The position numbers and the translations under genes are program-made. A stretch of DNA of 64,000 bases, from positions 17,703,615 through 17,767,614 of the forward strand of contig CAVNZM010000002.1 of assembly GCA_963693365.1 (NCBI GenBank). The letters are read 5' to 3'. Shown here in pieces: positions 56,886-64,000 of this stretch; within the stretch, counting starts at the first letter, position 1; each line of letters opens with the position of its first letter. Under the pieces are notes generated by a model. The model was not told the origin of the DNA, did not search any database, and saw only the letters and a program-made list of their open reading frames with translations. The DNA comes from Amoebidium appalachense. Lineage: Eukaryota > Protista > Ichthyosporea.

Positions 56886-57731
56886 CACAAGAAACCGTTG
56901 GTACAAACACACACACCCACACTGGCATGTACACACACATACACAGAGACACACACCCTGCATACATACACACCACACTGCACACACACACACATACATA
57001 CACACACTGTACATACATACACACACACCATAACCGTTGGCACAAAACACACACACACACATACACACACATGTGCACATCACGGTGCACACATGCACAC
57101 AACATAGACACACACACCGATTACCGCTGACACAAATACACACACCCACACCTGTACACATACACACAGACACACACACCGTGCATACATACCCACCACA
57201 CACACACACACACAATTGCAAAGAAAAATACTCACACACACACAAACACAGACACAACCACCCGACCTGATTTTCTTCCCCCCCCCCCCCCCCCCCTCTC
57301 CCCCCCCCAAACATTCGATTTCTGCCTGAGCTTCCCATGTTGCTGCCTCAACTCACTCCCCCCCCCCCCCCCCCCCCCTCCCCCCTCGAGCTCCCTCCCC
57401 TTCCCTCCCCCAGAATTTTTAAATACGGAGACAAAATGTATATATATATATATTGTGCGTTATGTAATGCACTTCATATTTCCCTTTTATTCCTTCAAAG
57501 CTTCAAGTGCCAACACCAGGAAGGCTCTAATAACCACAGAGGTTTTTGATTATGCAATATAATTACATTTTGATGCAATATAGGCACAAATAAGCATGCC
57601 CTAGTTTACTGATGCGCGATGATTACGATTTTTGGTGGGCCTGCTCCGACGGAGCATTCCGATTTTCGAAGAGGTTTTCCGAAACGGGATTTCGACTTCC
57701 GTTAATGGGCTCCACCGTCCTTCGAACCCTG
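55731..57731. mobile_element. Non-autonomous hAT-type DNA transposon (2001 bp)
   Basis: Perfect 12-bp TIR CAGGGTTCGAAG (55731-55742) / CTTCGAACCCTG (57720-57731). Perfect 8-bp TSD GTATGAGC (55723-55730, 57732-57739). Clustered subterminal TCCGA/TCGGA motifs at both ends. No transposase ORF. Confidence 0.9.
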
Positions 57732-59036
57732 GTATGAGCACGGCCATCTAGAGACCACGGCCATCTAGAAACACCCTAGAGACTCATGTATGAGTCAACT
57801 GAAGAAGATCTAGATGTGCACGAAAAGTATGTGTAGTAGCCAAATGTAGTAATCGTAAACAATCTACGATTGGATGGATATAACACCGATAGAGGACAAC
57901 GGAATGTATTTGGTCACAGCTGTTTGGATGAAAGTCACGCAAGCCAATAAACGTACTTTTGTTTATTAGGGCCACCGTTGCCACTGCTACTACTAGCAAT
58001 TTGGCCGGTTTATCATTAAACATTTAGAAATATACGTAAACATTACGATGTTATAGGTTTTTAAATGCTTTTTAAAAAAATTTCATGACATTTAGAGGCA
58101 TTTATATAGGCTGAAGCTTCCCTAAGTGACCGTCAATCAGGCCCAGCGACTTACAAGTAGGCAGCGAGTGGGCTCAGTCGGCGAAACATAGCGTTGGCTG
58201 GGTAAAGATGATTGGTTGTGTCTCTGAGGTTTTATCCTGCCACGTAAATATATCCATCCATCTTGTGTCCGGGAGTCTGGACGGTCTGGCCACTACAGTC
58301 CCAGGCACGCTACAGCTAGGTTTGTAACCATTTTATAACAGAACCTTATAACAACATGTATTTTTTCTTTAAAAAATATGTAGGCGGTACCTCTTGAAAC
58401 GGCATGAGCTCAGATGCGATAGGCACAACATACATGTGTATGCAACCGTCTGAAGTGGTTGAAATGCAGGGACTGCCAGCCGGGGGATAGGCAGGATATA
58501 TTTGCAGGATCTAGGTTGCCCGGAAAGCACACAGGCGCAGGCGCCGCCAAGTTGAAGTTGACACGTCGAGCCACAGCTGAAGGCACACCGTGACACCCGC
58601 ACGAAGGGTTAGTTGCCTGTTAGTTGTAAATAGTAGTTTGCGGCTGTTTGGGAGAAGGACCTTGGTGTGTTTTTGAGCCTAGTGAAGGCTTTCGAGTTTC
58701 AATCTTGTAGTGTTCCATAGCATAAATTTGGCTGATATCTGTAGTTCGCGTATGGCTCACGAGTTTTGAAGTGGGTTCTTCCTTTTCAGGGATCTTGAAT
58801 TCCCTCGTGAGTGCAACCACAACTGCGTCACGAACTGGCTACTGATTGCGTACCTCCCCTCTCTCTGAATGTTTCGTTTTTATCTCAAGGCCTGACAGTC
58901 ACATCCCGAAAGGAAGACAACACAGTGGACGTCCGTTTAGAGGCTGTAGGCTGTTTTTGAACGTGGCACGCACCACTATGATGCACCCCCCCCACCGCAT
59001 AGCTAGTGCGGGCACAAGCCCCCATCTACCGTGACC

Positions 59037-63506
<4,470 letters not shown>

Positions 63507-63786
63507 GTATGCCCCCCTCCTCCCCCCTCCCCCCTCCCCCCCCCTAGCCCCAGCCCCCGGGGGGGCCGGGTGCCTGCCTGCCTGCCCGTCCTTCCCTTTC
63601 CCTTTCCCTCTTTCGTTTTCCCTGCCCATGCTTGTCTTTCTTTCCAGTGGTTCATATTAGTATTCCCCCACCCACCCACCTATCCACCCACCCACCACCA
63701 CCACCACCACCACACACACACACACACACGCTCGCACGCACGCACGCCCACGCGCACGCACGCGCACGCACGCACACACACACACC

Positions 63787-63859
<73 letters not shown>

Positions 63860-63880
63860 ACACGCACACGCACACGAACG

Positions 63881-63912
<32 letters not shown>

Positions 63913-64000
63913 CATGGCCGCTTCAGGAAATTATACAATAATATATGGAGCAATTCGATGGTTAACAGCAAATAGCTAAGTATTCCATTCAGTTTTAAAA

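Noticed and set aside
58978-59034. Short ORF ending just before the ATG at 59037
   Set aside because: It could be a uORF, but the transcript start is unknown, and adjusting the C-run does not fuse it to the main ORF.

Overview
Eukaryotic, very intron-rich genomic DNA, most likely from a unicellular opisthokont/holozoan (inferred from gene content, not proven). Introns are filled with (CA)n/(GT)n microsatellites and long C/G/A homopolymers, so most ORFs in the supplied track are artefacts. Manual splicing recovers six host genes. These are: a 37-exon long-form intersectin (+, 1076-17150); an atypical Ser/Thr kinase (-); a 14-exon GPC1/DUF2838 acyltransferase (-); an 18-exon KLHDC4/Kel3 kelch protein (-); a C8orf82/UPF0598-like gene (+), head-to-head with the kelch gene; and a type II membrane protein with receptor-L-domain-like repeats (+) that runs off the window end. 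Mobile DNA comprises an intact two-ORF APE/RT LINE inside a GPC1 intron, a decayed related LINE carrying telomere-like TTTAGGG insertions, and a 2-kb non-autonomous hAT-type element. The most unusual signals are the two distinct 3' splice-site architectures (CTGAC branch point with a weak or purine-rich tract versus microsatellite/homopolymer-fed acceptors), repeated duplication of splice sites, and a polar C(n)-(CA)n-A(n) simple-repeat pattern. All gene models were built by hand and need RNA-seq confirmation.
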